DNA of 64,000 nt, taken from positions 69,874,001 to 69,938,000 of the forward strand of contig OX597825.1 of the NCBI GenBank assembly GCA_951406725.2. The letters are read 5' to 3'. The DNA is from Octopus vulgaris (lineage: Eukaryota). Positions 13,587 through 27,573 of the stretch are shown here, in pieces. The position numbers and the translations under genes were made by a program. Positions within the stretch are counted from its first letter, which is position 1, and every line of letters starts with the position of its first letter. The notes under the pieces were generated by a model. The model saw only the letters and a program-made list of their open reading frames with translations. It searched no databases and had not been told where the DNA came from.

Positions 13587-14159
13587 GCGTGTGTGTGCTT
13601 GTGTTTGCGAGTGCTCGTTTGGATATATACATATCACGAACATTAGTGTGTGAGTATGTATATGTATGTGGGTGATTATACAAACTCTGTGGATGTGTTT
13701 TGTTGATAAGAATGAATTAGCATATTTCACAATCCATTCTCAAATTTGACAAGCTTAGTGCATAATTTTCCTTTTGTTTTTCTCTATAATTCTCCACTAT
13801 ATATTTAAAACTATAGAAAAACGTTTATCTAGTGCATTCTTTGTGTTTGAAGTATCAGTTTTAACAAATATCTTGTTCATCTCGATATTGCTTTATCTAT
13901 CCTTCTTTTTTCTTACACTTCTCAAAGACTACGTTTTGTATACTAACTGTGTACTGTTAAAACTCATTATCTTTCAAATACATCAAACATTAAGTGCAGT
14001 AAATATAGAGAAGAGAAGATATTATCCAGAACTGAAACAATGTGCAACAGTCGATAAATGGCGTATGGTGTTATATAAACGTATACTAAATGTGTTTGTG
14101 TATATAACTTTTTAAAAAAATCAAGATAGAAACGAAACAAAACTGGCAACGCAGCAAAT

Positions 14160-14590
14160 CCTGTAACTGAAGCACTGAATGGCTAACATGTATTTCTGAT
14201 CAAGTCTTTAATGTCCCTTCCATTGAATATCCATCCATACATCAATCTTCTTTGAGCGCTCTTCCTAGGAGTGTCGTTGGGATAGAGGCCTCAGGCACCT
14301 CCTCTATAGAGTCCTATTAGAAGCAAGCTATCATTACACTTTCTTGCGATTCTTCCCTGCAGCAGGAGTTTAATCGCATGTCTTTATTACTGGCGCTATG
14401 ACCTATGAATGCGTAGATGTAGAAGCTCTACCTGGAGAGACTCCTTGATCTTCGAGCTACGCATTCTGACGAGTAACGTCACATCAGAGATTCTTCGGAG
14501 TACATGATTTTCGTCCTCTCGTGTTTGCGATCGTATTCTTTCTGTCATTAGATAACATTCATAACCATTGGTGAGGATAGGGACGAAAAC
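14160..14590 (-). mobile_element. Probable degenerate LINE (RTE-like) fragment
   Basis: Higher-GC block with weak RT C-terminal-like remnants on the minus strand; heavily decayed. Confidence 0.3.
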
Positions 14591-15515
14591 CTAATTTACT
14601 TAAATTTACCTATTTGTTTTAGATGCATATGATGTGAGTGAGTACTTTACCCAGTGGATCAATTTTTAAATTGAAAGTAAGCAAATTCCCTCCACCTCAC
14701 CACCAATTCCTTTACAACGTAGTGCATATTCTTATTGATTATCTAATCACTATTTCGTCAAGTACGATGAAGTGTATATTTCGCTCGGGGGATCTAACAG
14801 AAGCGCAATTTGTGCGGAGTTATCTCCAGTAGTTGTTAAAATGATTCAGCTAATATCAGTCGTGGAAGTTCTGGTGTCTTTTCCTCACTAATTCGTATCT
14901 ATAAGATAATTAATGTTCATTAAATATAATAACACTAATTTCATTTCAATTTTAAACCTCAGTGATATATATTTTCTTATACTATTGTATGGATCCTAAT
15001 TTCTATTGATAGTTAAGCTGAATCGAAAAGGTGTTCTATTCATTTATATATATATATATACATCATGCATATTATGAAAGGAAGTTATTAAATACGCACA
15101 CATTTCTGTGAGTATCTGTTGTTTAGACTGATACTAGATAGACACTCAAATTTGATGGATAAAAAAGTTCCTCATTCGAAATATCGCAATGATATAATTG
15201 AGAAGTAATATTCAACCTAGTGTTTATCTCAAAACTCAGGCACGTTAGAAACATATAAAAAAATATTTTCAAAAGATAAATTCCAAGTATATAATGGACA
15301 TTGTAATATTTAAAAGCGAATGCACTAGATAATGTTGTTGTACAGTTTCAAATATAAAATATCGAATCAGAGACGAAAACAAAGGAATATATCACAATAG
15401 GCTATTGGAGTTTAGAAGATATCTTTTGAAAATTTCCCAAAAAACACATCTATAAAGTATGGATTATCACCTGTATACTTATAATCATACACACACACGC
15501 ACACACTAATATTTG

Positions 15516-15734
<219 letters not shown>

Positions 15735-15966
15735 AAAATAAGCAACAAGAATGACTCCGCAGTCATTCTTGTTGCTTATTTTGATTATAATCACCCTGCA
15801 AATTTTTATGGATAACACCATACAAAATTCTGGTGCATCTAAATTAAGTACCATATTCATTTGAACCTAAATTGTTGCTGAACAATTTACATATAATACA
15901 TATACATATATATACATATACATATACATATATATATATATATGTATCTATATATGTATCTATCTA

Positions 15967-16037
<71 letters not shown>

Positions 16038-16403
16038 GTGTATAGGTGACACAAGAGACTCACTAGCCGGAGGTACATGACCCCTATACTGACGGACGTA
16101 AGAATGACGTCAATTTACTGCTCAAAAACCTGTTCATTTAGTCGACTGTTTTTTCTGACTTATCAACACGTAAGTCAGACCAATCCATCTCTTGACCGCA
16201 GTGAAAAATAGATTCTGTACAATACTAAAAAATGTTCTTTGGAGTGGATCGACTAAAACGAATCACCGAAAAACCTTCCCTAAATCCGAGCTCTTCAAAA
16301 AGAAGGTTATAGTGACTCTTGGTTGGTGTACTGCTGGACTCATCCACTGTAAATTTTGAAAACCCGGAAAACACATTACTGCAGAAACAACAACAACAAC
16401 AAC

Positions 16404-16458
<55 letters not shown>

Positions 16459-16646
16459 GTAGTATTACTACTATTCCGAAACAACTACGATACTGATATA
16501 CCTTCTTTCATTCATGTTAAATCTTTTTTTTTTGTTTTATTTTTTTTTTTTGTTTTATCTATTTACATATCCCATCTTTGTAACGTTGTTCTTTCACTTT
16601 TAACATATATTTCACTTCTCCCTCTCTCCCTCTCTTTTTATCATTA

Positions 16647-16719
<73 letters not shown>

Positions 16720-16730
16720 ATTCATTTCAG

Positions 16731-17062
16731 ATGAATATGTCGATGATACAGTTTCGTCTGGAGGAACCGAATCACCCGGAATCCGTTTGCAGTAAACAGT
16801 GCGTCCAAGGTCAAGCCAAGACATTTCTGAAAGGTCACACCTGCTGTTGGACCTGCCTCAACTGTACAAAATATCAGTATCTTCCAACAAAGTTCGAGTG
16901 TAAAGACTGTCCAATGGGGACTCTTCCTAGTCTTAACCAAACATACTGTGTTAGAATAGCAGAGATCTACCTCAGTGTTGATGACGGAATTGCTATTGGC
17001 GCGATGGTGTTCTCTTCACTAGGCATTGTGGCATCTATATTCGTAATTATAGTTTTCATAAG
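16731..17062 (+). CDS. mGluR: mGluR-like exon: nine-cysteine (CRD) domain and TM1
   Basis: Acceptor ttcatttcag|ATG and donor AG|gtacat. PESVCSKQC...CCWTCLNC...ECKDC...YC contains all 9 CRD cysteines, followed by hydrophobic TM1 IAIGAMVFSSLGIVASIFVIIVFI. Confidence 0.95.
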
Positions 17063-17073
17063 GTACATATTCA

Positions 17074-17157
<84 letters not shown>

Positions 17158-17200
17158 TTATCTATTTATCTTCTCTGATACTCTTCTTTGGCATAATATG

Positions 17201-17233
<33 letters not shown>

Positions 17234-17308
17234 GTATATATATATATGTATATATATATATGTGTGTGTATATAAATATATATATGTGTATATATAAATA
17301 TATATATG

Positions 17309-17340
<32 letters not shown>

Positions 17341-17346
17341 AATATA

Positions 17347-17454
<108 letters not shown>

Positions 17455-17936
17455 AATATAGGAATACTCTGTTGGTTACAGACGACGAGGGTCCCAGGTG
17501 ATACAATCAACGGAACAGCCTGCTCGTGAAATTAACGTGCAAGTGACTGAGCAATCTACAGACACGTGTACACACACACACACACACACTCACACACACA
17601 TATACATATATATATATATGTGTGTGTGTGTGTGCATGTATACATACATATAGATTATAAGGTAAAAAATTACTGTAGACAGGGCCGAGTGGCGTTCGAT
17701 CATAAATAAATAAATATGAAATACATTAAGTACAGGATCTCACCAACAGGTGAAAAATACGTAAACACACGAGAGATAAATACAGGACAAAATACCCCAA
17801 AAATATACAATAACAAATAGGCCGATAGGATAACTATCAAGGGTCGATTTCTTCGACTCAAAGGTAGTGCTCCAGCATGGCAATAATCAAAATGACTGAA
17901 ACAAGTAAAATTGTAAAAGAGTAGTAACTATACATT

Positions 17937-17974
<38 letters not shown>

Positions 17975-18084
17975 GAGAGAGAAAGGGAGATAGAGATGTA
18001 CATATACCCATCTTGTATATGAAAGATTTTGCCGTCATATAAACAGTATTCCAATACCCTATTTAAAAGTGCAGTGTTGCAATA

Positions 18085-18186
18085 CCAACCACATGGTTCT
18101 GGGTTCAGTCCCTCGGCGTGGCACCTTAGGCAATCCTCTTCTACTATAGCCTTCTACTATAGACGGAAACTGAAAGAAGCACGTCG

Positions 18187-18272
<86 letters not shown>

Positions 18273-18500
18273 TGTATGTATGTGTATATGTTTGTGTGTC
18301 TGTGTTTGTCCCCCAAAATCATTTGATAACCGATGTTGGTGTGTTTACGTCCCCGTAACCTAGCGGTTCGGCAAAATAAACCGATAGAATAAGTACTAGG
18401 CTTACAATGAATAATTCCTGGGGTCGATTTGCTCGACTAAAGGCCGTGTCCCAGCATGGCCACAGTCAAATGACTGAAACGAGTAAAAGAGTAAAGAGAG
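18085..18500 (+). mobile_element. SINE family A copy
   Basis: Same head, internal microsatellite and tail as 7455-7915. Confidence 0.85.
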
Positions 18501-18619
18501 AGTATACCCTACCCTATGCGCTGAGTTTATCCACCCTCCACCCAGCTATATGCGATGAGGATCCTTTTCTTCCCTACCATCTGCTCATACTCATTGCCAA
18601 AGTGAACGAGATATACCAG

Positions 18620-18660
<41 letters not shown>

Positions 18661-18702
18661 CGTGTGTGTGTGCGCGCGGGTATGTATATCTCTCTTTCTT
18701 TC

Positions 18703-19060
18703 TTTTCTCTTTTACTTGTTTCAGTCATTTGACTGCGACAATGCTGGAGCACCGCCTTTAGTCAAGCTAATCGACCCCAGGACTTATTCTTGATTAGCCT
18801 AGTACTTATTCTATCGTTCTCTTTTGCGAAACCGCTGGCTTACGGCATTGGTTGACAAACACAGACACACAAACACACACATATATCCATATATACGACG
18901 GGCTTCTTTCAGTTTCCGTCTACCAAATCCACTCACAAGGCTTTGGTCAGCCCGAGGCTATAGTAGAAGAAACTTGCCCAAGGTACCACGCAGTGGGACT
19001 GAACCCGGAACCATGTGGTTGGTTAGCAAGCTACTTACCAAACAGCCACCCCTGCGCCTA
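18703..19060 (-). mobile_element. SINE family A copy (inverted relative to 18085-18500)
   Basis: Reverse complement of family A, e.g. cttgtttcagtcatttgactgcg and gggactgaacccggaaccatgtggttgg. Confidence 0.85.
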
Positions 19061-21290
19061 TATGTATTTTTATGTCCTAACTTTAGACAAGATGTGTGCA
19101 CCATCTTGATCCCCACTTCGGAAGTCTAATACTTTTCATCGTTTATCAAGTGTCTTAGCCTTATGATCTGGACTTTTAAACTAAAGCAAATGTATCGGTC
19201 TTTTGACATATTAGAATACGATTACACTTGGGAGGTTTTGTATAGATATAACTTCATTATTCTCTTTGCAAACTTTTCCTGTGTATCTCGACTGAAGCGG
19301 ACACAGTATGAAACATTAGTTACTGAACATCGAATAGACTAAACGCTTGAGAAACGAGTTTTCTCCATATTCAATAATACTATATAGTGAACTATGAAAG
19401 TAAAAGTCCTAACCGCTTGTCATTCATATAAAATAATCATAAGCCCTTTCTCAAGACCTCTTCATTAGAAGGAAGCCGTGTGTATTCATGCTGACAGCTC
19501 GTTCGTTCATTCATAATGCAGATTCCGAAAGTAACAATTGGAACCTCATCCAAGAAATGCTTGAATTCGTTTTCTTTATCTTCGGAGTGTGTATAAATAT
19601 AATTTGCAGAAACTATTTTTCAATAACGGTAATATTCACATGCATCTTCTGCTAGATAAGGAGATTCAATCCTATACAATTCTGTGAGTTTCTTTGTCTC
19701 TTCCATTCAATCGGTGGCAACGTTTATCGTGAGTAACAAATAAGCCACCGTGCAGACACATTATTGATATTTAAAGTGTTATATTGGACAGCGGTCGAAT
19801 ATGCAGGGCACTGCTCTGTTGCTGTTGATTATCAAGGCCTGCAATACACTAGAATTTCATAGAATAGAGTTAATCTCATTCTTAGAGTTTGCTCTAAGGT
19901 TTCTTTGCCAGTTTTCAAAGGTACTTTCCACAGTAATTTTCCCAGGAAATTACTATTAATGAAATCTAATGTTACGAATGAAAAGTTATTTATGTGAACA
20001 CAATAAGAATTTCTAGATGTCGTTACTTGTCTATTGTGTGTATTGGTTATTATTATATTTGCCAACAGGAATTTAATTTCAATTTGGTATTAAGGATATA
20101 AGTGAGAACCAATCAATGACCTACGCATTTACGAATACTTATAAGACGGCAAATATAATATAACACGGTAAATAGCTCATTGATACCACGAGGCGTGTCC
20201 TATAGAAGTGAACGAAAGGGCCAATTACAATGTGTATATGCACGTATATATATATATATACGTGCATATACTCACAGATATGTATGTGTGCGTGCGTATG
20301 TGTAATGCTATTAACTTCTCTCGTATATTTCTTTCATTACTTTTTACTCGCGGCTTATATGATCGCAAACTTAACTGGAACTATGCTTACTGAACGAAAG
20401 CGAATATAAATATACATGAACCGCAGTTGCTGTTCATAAGCCGCCATTGCTGTACTTTCACGAAATATTCATTATTTTTTTGTGTAATAAACGGATATTC
20501 TTTGCTACTATACAATAGACAAGAAGTAAAATTAACAATCAGTTTCTGATGAAATTTTCCATATCAATACTCATAGTATAAGCTGGCCTGATGAGTATGC
20601 GTCTTCTTTTAGAATGCAAATCTCAATACCTTGACACTGCATAAGCGGTTTAGTGCCCAAGAATATTTTATGCAAGTCCGGTACACCACAAACACCACAA
20701 ACCAACAGCGGAATAGATACAATATATACTAACATTCATATATGTATATATACATAATAAAACAGGCAAGCAACATGCAACGGCTCAAATTATGACATGC
20801 TTATACAGCTTTTAGAGAAAATAAATGCTTAAAGGAGTATAAATCGCTGAAGGTTATTAAAGGTTGCATTATGGATGTTCTTAATAAAATGGTTAACCCA
20901 TTTACGCAGTGCTGTTTTAGTAGTTGCTCAGGAGCCTCACAGACTTAAGGTTGTAGTTATGATCTATGAACGACGTGCCTTGTTGTCAAGAAGTAAATGT
21001 TATAGAGCCTAGTGCATCGATTTGCCGCGGGCATATACTGCCACTAAATTTCCCCTGGATTTAGGGATCGCACAACATGAGCACTAATCGTATACAAGTT
21101 ATTACATTACGTCCTTTTGACATCGCAATACATATACACAAATGCACAGGCACAAATGCACAAATGCACATTCAGTTCTAATATGCAGCACTTTGGGCAG
21201 GAGTCTCTTACTATAGCCCTGAGGTGACCGCTGTCTTATGTTTGATCGGAAACTGCGTAAAAACCTGTGGACCATATAATACAAACATAC

Positions 21291-21330
<40 letters not shown>

Positions 21331-21335
<5 letters not shown>

Positions 21336-22399
21336 GCACGAAGCATAAGGGTGCGCGAAGCATCATCCTGTTTAGAAATAGGAGTTAGAGTCCCAAACCA
21401 ACCGCCGATAAGCACCAACATAACAGAAAATACCACTAAGCGAGGGAATGGATAAAGAATTAAGAAATTAAAAATCATACCGTTAAAGATTATACCATTG
21501 AGGTGCTCATATACCTAGTTTCAGGTGCTGATACAATGGGCCTCGACTTTCATCAGTATGAGCTATTAAAGGGAAAATTCTAAATCCACCACGTTATATA
21601 TCTATCAATGTTCTGGTTTGCTTTGCTCCAAAAATATTCACTACAGATAACATTAACAATAGTAATTTCTTATTTCGAATGTAAGCATTCTAATATTTGG
21701 TCAGAAATATATTTGTATCATATGTACTGACATATGATACAAATATATTTCTGAGCAAATATTCGAATGCTTACATTCGAAATAAGATATTACTATTGTT
21801 AATGTTATCTGTAGTGAATATTTTTAATTGATAATATTCACAACAATAATATTGACGGTTCCAAGTTTAATAGCATTACAGAGCTATAAAATTCAAAATT
21901 AGCATGAAGCACAAAGTTGCGCGAAATAAATTAGCACGGGTGGATTGGTTTTGGCGCAAAACAAACCAGAACGCTAATGGACTTAGAACGTAGCGGATTT
22001 AGAATTTTTTCTTCAGTAATTCATACTGATGGAGGTTGAGGCCCATCGGGCCAGCACCGAATACCATGGTATATTAACAGCTGAATGGTATAACTTTTAG
22101 TGGTATGCTTTTCAATTTCTTTGTTCTTTATCTATTTTCTCGTTTGCTGTTATTTTCTCTTATTATTTTGATGCTTTTCGGCGGTTGAACTATGACTTTA
22201 ACTGCTATTTCTAAACAGGTTGATGCTTCGCGCATCCCTGTGCTTCGTGCCAACTTTTAATTTTATAGCTATATAATGCTATAAAATCTGGTACTATCTA
22301 TATTACTCTTGTTGATATCATCAATTGAAAATATTCACTACAGATAATATTAACAATAGTAATATCTTATTTCGAATATAAGCATTTGAATATTTGTTT

Positions 22400-22405
<6 letters not shown>
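21331..22405. repeat. Nested/overlapping inverted repeat complex
   Basis: Pairs 21630-21724/21731-21825 (3 mismatches in 95 bp), 21331-21633/21949-22255 (diverged) and 21740-21925/22227-22405. Confidence 0.9.
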
Positions 22406-22449
<44 letters not shown>

Positions 22450-22672
22450 ATGTATGTATGCGTGTTTGTCTGTGTGTGTGTGTGTGTTTGTGTGTGTGTT
22501 TGTACATTTGTGCATACGTGTATTTGTCTGTTTGCATATAATATATCACTCTCTCTATCATTCTCTCTCTATATATGTCTGTGTGTATATGCATATATAT
22601 GTGTGTATATGTGAATATATATGTGTGGATATATATATATGCGTATATGTGTGTGAATATATATATACATGT

Positions 22673-22723
<51 letters not shown>

Positions 22724-22914
22724 TGGGTGTGGGTATGTTATCATTATCATCATTATTATTAACAATCAAATTTAGCCAGTCGGCAGATTTGTTACAGTGC
22801 CGGGCATAAGACTTTCTGACATTCCTTTCGGCTTTTACCGACCAGAGTGCAAATTCCGCCTTTCGTTCCTCTGAAATACATATATGTGTGTGTGTATACA
22901 TACACACACACATA

Positions 22915-22976
<62 letters not shown>

Positions 22977-23316
22977 CATCCATCCATCTATCCATCCGTC
23001 CATACATACATGCATACATACATACGTGGGTGCATATTCTATTCTCATAATATTTTATTCTCGTAACATCTGATATAAACAAAATATGCCCGGCATTATC
23101 TCCACCTGCGTGTCATGGTCCAATGTGTGTGTGTGTGTGTGTGTGTGTGTGTCTTATCAATACCCTGAAAAGTACGATAGGCACAACCGCGTATCTCTAT
23201 GTTTAAATAATGTGATAATTTCATTCTTGTCAATAAATGCTACGATCGAATCAGTACCTTCGGTAGATTTCTGAAAGCATCCTTAATATCAAATCATTAT
23301 TTTCTTCTATTTTCAG

Positions 23317-24101
23317 ATATAGTGCAACACCAGTGGTGAAAGCATCAGGGCGAGAGCTCAGTTTCGTCTTACTGATTGGCATTTTCATGTGTTATTGTAT
23401 GACCTTCCTTGTAGTGGCAAAACCAAATGCCTTTACATGTGGTTCACAGCAGTTTGGAATCGGTTTATGTTTTGCCATAACGTACGCCGCAATATTAACC
23501 AAGACAAATCGAATAGCACGGATCTTCCGTGCCGGTAAGCGCACCGCAAAACGGCCTAAGTTCATTAGTCCAAGATCTCAACTATTTATTTGTGGTTCAC
23601 TAGTATCACTGCAGCTAGCAATTGGTGTTATTTGGCTACTTATGAGCCCACCTAAAGCAATTCCATTCTATGCCAATCGTAATGACCACCAACTTATATG
23701 TAAGGCGGCTCAAGGTTTTTCCTATATGATTGGCTTTAGCTACCCTATAATTTTAGTCAATATCTGCACGGTTTACGCTGTGCTAACGAGGAAAATACCA
23801 GAAGCGTTTAATGAATCAAAATATATAGGATTCACAATGTACACAACTTTTATTATATGGCTCGCATTTGTACCAATATATTTTACAACAGCACACAATA
23901 TCGAAGTCAGAATGGCTACCATGTGCTTCTCAATCAGCCTGAGCGCTACAGTCGCATTGGTTTGTATGTTCACTCCGAAATTATACATTATTTTACTTCA
24001 TCCTGAAAAAAATGTGCGTCAGTCTATGATGACGTCCAAAGTATTGATTGCCAAAACAAATTCTTCTGCAATTAGAGTGGACTCCGGTACACAATCAGAT
24101 G
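23317..24101 (+). CDS. mGluR: mGluR-like exon: TM2-TM7 and proximal C-tail
   Basis: Acceptor ttttcag|A completes an AG/A Arg codon; donor G|gtatgt. Contains TPVVKASGRELS, LTKTNRIARIF, TRKIPEAFNESKYIGFTMYTT, WLAFVPIYF and FTPKLYIILLHPEKNV, which are diagnostic mGluR 7TM motifs. KASGRE is the group II/III-type form. Confidence 0.97.
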
Positions 24102-25264
24102 GTATGTATAATTATTTAAAATTCTCGCTCTTTTTTTGTTTAAAAAAAATTGTTTTTTATTAAGGCGGTGAGATGACAGAAACGTAAACACGCCGGACAA
24201 ATTGCTTAGCAGCATTTCATCTGTCTTTCAATTCCGAATTTAGAGTCAGCCGAGATCGACTCTGTCTTACACCCTTCGGAGTTCGTAGTATTAACTTCAA
24301 ATTTTGGCACAAGGGCAGTAAGTTCAAGGAAGGAAATTAGTCGATTGCATCGACACCGTTACTCAACTGGTACTTATTTTATCGATCCCGAAAGTTTGCA
24401 AGGCAAAGTCGACCTCGGCGAAATTTGAACTGAGAACATAAAGGCGGACGAAATCCCGTTAAGCGTGTTGCCCTTCCTGTCAACGATTCTGCTAGGTCGC
24501 CACCTTCCCAGGGTTGATATTATTATTACTGGTCAAGCACTGGAGTCAATGCAATCAACTCTATCACCCCTGAAATTTGCTGACTTTCTACCAAATTATT
24601 GATTTGCATATAAGTGTGTTGCAATGGCGGGACTGTTTGAACTTGTAAGAAAATTCCTTATGTTAATGGTCCGGATTCTTTATCTTCTCAGTCCAAATCT
24701 CTCCGTAGGCAGCTTTCCTTTCTATCTCTATGGTGTCACTAAAACAAACTCTCCGTAAAACACTAGGATCAACCTCTCCGTTACCTACAAAATTGCTGAC
24801 CTTGTGCTTAAACTAGAAATCATTGGTGGGTTCCATTTTTTGCACAAGGGGAGAAATTTCGGCGGAAGGAGCAAACCTATGACATCGGTCCCAGTACTCA
24901 ACTAGTACTTATTAACCCTGTGGTACTTATATTTGCCGATCCTGACATGACGAATTCGAGTTCAGAATGTAAAAACAGGAGAAATGCTTCTAAGAAACCA
25001 TTATTAATTCGTTTATTTACTTTTATCTAAGTCCCCGCAAAAGGTTACAGGATGGTATTTATTACGGCTCTTTACGTCTTCATTTCAAATCGCCCTTGCT
25101 TTATTATAGATCCGAGTTCGATAAAATAGATACTTTTTAAATACAATCCTCAAACGATGTGGTTGGAAAGCAAATGTCTTCCATTCTAGCCTCTGACCAA
25201 CCGAAGCTTTTCGAGTACATTTTGTAAACGGAAACTGTGAGAAGCCCATCATATACATATATAC

Positions 25265-25318
25265 CATAATCGGTTGTCAAGCAATGCTAGAGGGACAAAC
25301 ACAGACACACAAGCACAT

Positions 25319-25384
<66 letters not shown>

Positions 25385-25548
25385 GACAGGCTTCTTTCAG
25401 TTTCTGTCTACCAAATCCACTCACAAGGCATTGGTCGGCCCGGGGCTATAGCAGAAGACACTTGCCCAAGATGCCACGCAGTGGGACTGAACCCGGAACC
25501 ATGTGGTTGGTTAGCAAGCTACTTACCACACAGCCACTCCTGCGCCTG
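25265..25548 (-). mobile_element. SINE family A copy (5' half)
   Basis: Reverse-complement match to the family A head and microsatellite. Confidence 0.8.
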
Positions 25549-26023
25549 TATATCTGCCTTTGTCTTTGTGTTTGTCTTCACCATCGCATGACAACTGGTG
25601 GTTGGTTTGACAACGCCTCAGTAATATAGGGGTTCGTGAGGCCGATATGATACATACCAAACGCAAATTAAATTAGAACTGTACTCGATTCGGTTGACTA
25701 AAATGCTTCATTGTGGAGCCCCAGTATAGCCGCAATCCTATGACTGGAAGAAGTAATATATAAAGGATACACGCTTCCACACAAATTCCGGCTACCAAAT
25801 TCACTCACAAAGCTTGCCCCAAGACTATTGTAGAGAACACTTGCCCTAGGTGCCCAAATCACATGGTTGCGTCGCAAGACGAATTTCTAAACCCTACACT
25901 CATGTCTGCGCACATAAATATCAGACATAGAATGTATAACTTTCTTAAATTACCATTTTTATTCACTTCAAAGTGCTACTTAGCGTGCAGTCTACCTGGC
26001 CATTTACAATTTACAGTGGCGTG

Positions 26024-26370
26024 TAACCCTATCCCTAACACTAACTCTAACCCTAATCCTAAGACATCTTCTAACAATAAACCCTAACACTAAACCTATG
26101 ACTATTAGACTATTAGTTTAGCATATCTATTCAGTTAAATGTGCTACTTTAGTGTGTCATCTAACCCTGACCCTAGCTCTTACTCTAGCCCTAATCCTAA
26201 ACTTTACCCTAAATCTAAGCTCCATCTAAGCATAACCCTAAGCTCCAATCACAACTCTAACCCCAGGCCCTAACAAGTAAAACTCAGCCTTAACTATAAG
26301 CCCTAAAACTAAACACTATGCCCTAAGCTCGGACTCTAATGCTAAATCTAACCCAAATCTTAATCTAGTT
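26024..26370 (+). repeat. Degenerate telomere-like (CCCTAA)n tract
   Basis: Many 6-mers such as taaccc, ccctaa, ctctaa and cactaa in register. Confidence 0.7.
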
Positions 26371-26776
26371 TATGTAATTTCACAGCGTAAAGTACATATA
26401 ATGCGGTAGACCACACGCTAATATAGAATCCCTTTAAATCCACAATTCTTTCAAATCCTGACTTTACATTCATTATAACCTGGTGAATAAAATAAAATGC
26501 CCATCAAGTACATGAGTACGTTTCATCGATTATATCCTTCACCAAAATACATGGCCTTGTTCCAGAGATAGAAAATCAATACATGAGTCCTCGTCTCTGA
26601 TTTCAATGTTTTAGCTTTATTCTGTCGCATGTAAATACGATAAACTAATTATAGTTTGAAGAAAGTTAATTAAATTGACATTTAAATATAGGAACGTAAT
26701 CGATGAAAATAAATCAAAAGCGTGATTTCTTTAGTTCTGAAGTACACCATAAGTTTGATAATTGTACAGATAAGGC

Positions 26777-27052
26777 TCTTCCTCCTCCTCCTCCTTCTTC
26801 TTCTTCTTCTTCTCCTTCCCCTCCTCCTTCTTATTCTTCTTGTTCATCCCATCCCCTCCTCCTCCTCCTTCTTCTTCTCCTCCTCTTCTCCTTCCCCTCT
26901 TCCTTCTTCTTATTCTTCTTATTCATCCCATCCCCTCTTCCCCCTCATCCCCTCCACCTTCTTCTTCTCCCCCTCCTCCTCCTCCTCCTTCTTCTTCTTC
27001 CCTTCCTCCTCCCCTCCTCCTCCTCCTCCTCCTCCTCCTCCTCCTTCTTCTT
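26777..27052 (+). repeat. (CCT/CTT)n polypyrimidine tract
   Basis: About 275 bp almost purely C/T. Confidence 0.9.
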
Positions 27053-27573
27053 GGTTAATGTCTTACCGCATATTTTCCGCTTTCTTCCATTCTGAGTTCA
27101 AATAGCGCCATGACCTACTTTCCTCAGAGACTTAACCAGCCACCCGGTTTAACACCACCTTGTGTGTCTTTACGTGATTCCATTCTGCTGCAATCACTCG
27201 ACACAAGTCTCTGTTTTCAGCAAATATTTTCTTCTTTCCCCGGTAGGATTGGAATGGCATTCTCTACAGATAATAAGAGTGGAAAAACTTTAGGAGGAAT
27301 TGAGGTAGGGGAGGATAACTTTAGGGGGGATAATGAAAATCAAAACCAGTTCATCAGATTCACAATGAAGGATTTGAGAGAGCAGACAAACCTAATTCGA
27401 ACCAAACTACTCGAACTTAAGAAAAGAATGAAATATTGAATAGAGTAAGTCAAGATCTTTTGATTGAAGGAAAGCGTGATCAAGGCTGGAACGCCTTGCG
27501 GTGTTAAACCGCCATTATGATTAATCTGGTTCTAAACAACAAAAATGATGATAATTATATTCTTATTCGTATA

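Noticed and set aside
17063-17297. Extension of the CRD/TM1 ORF beyond 17062
   Set aside because: Intronic read-through into (TATC)n/(TA)n after a good GT donor; homology resumes at 23317.
27110-27439. 109 aa ORF inside the last mGluR intron
   Set aside because: No recognisable domain or splice support; likely chance or a decayed repeat.
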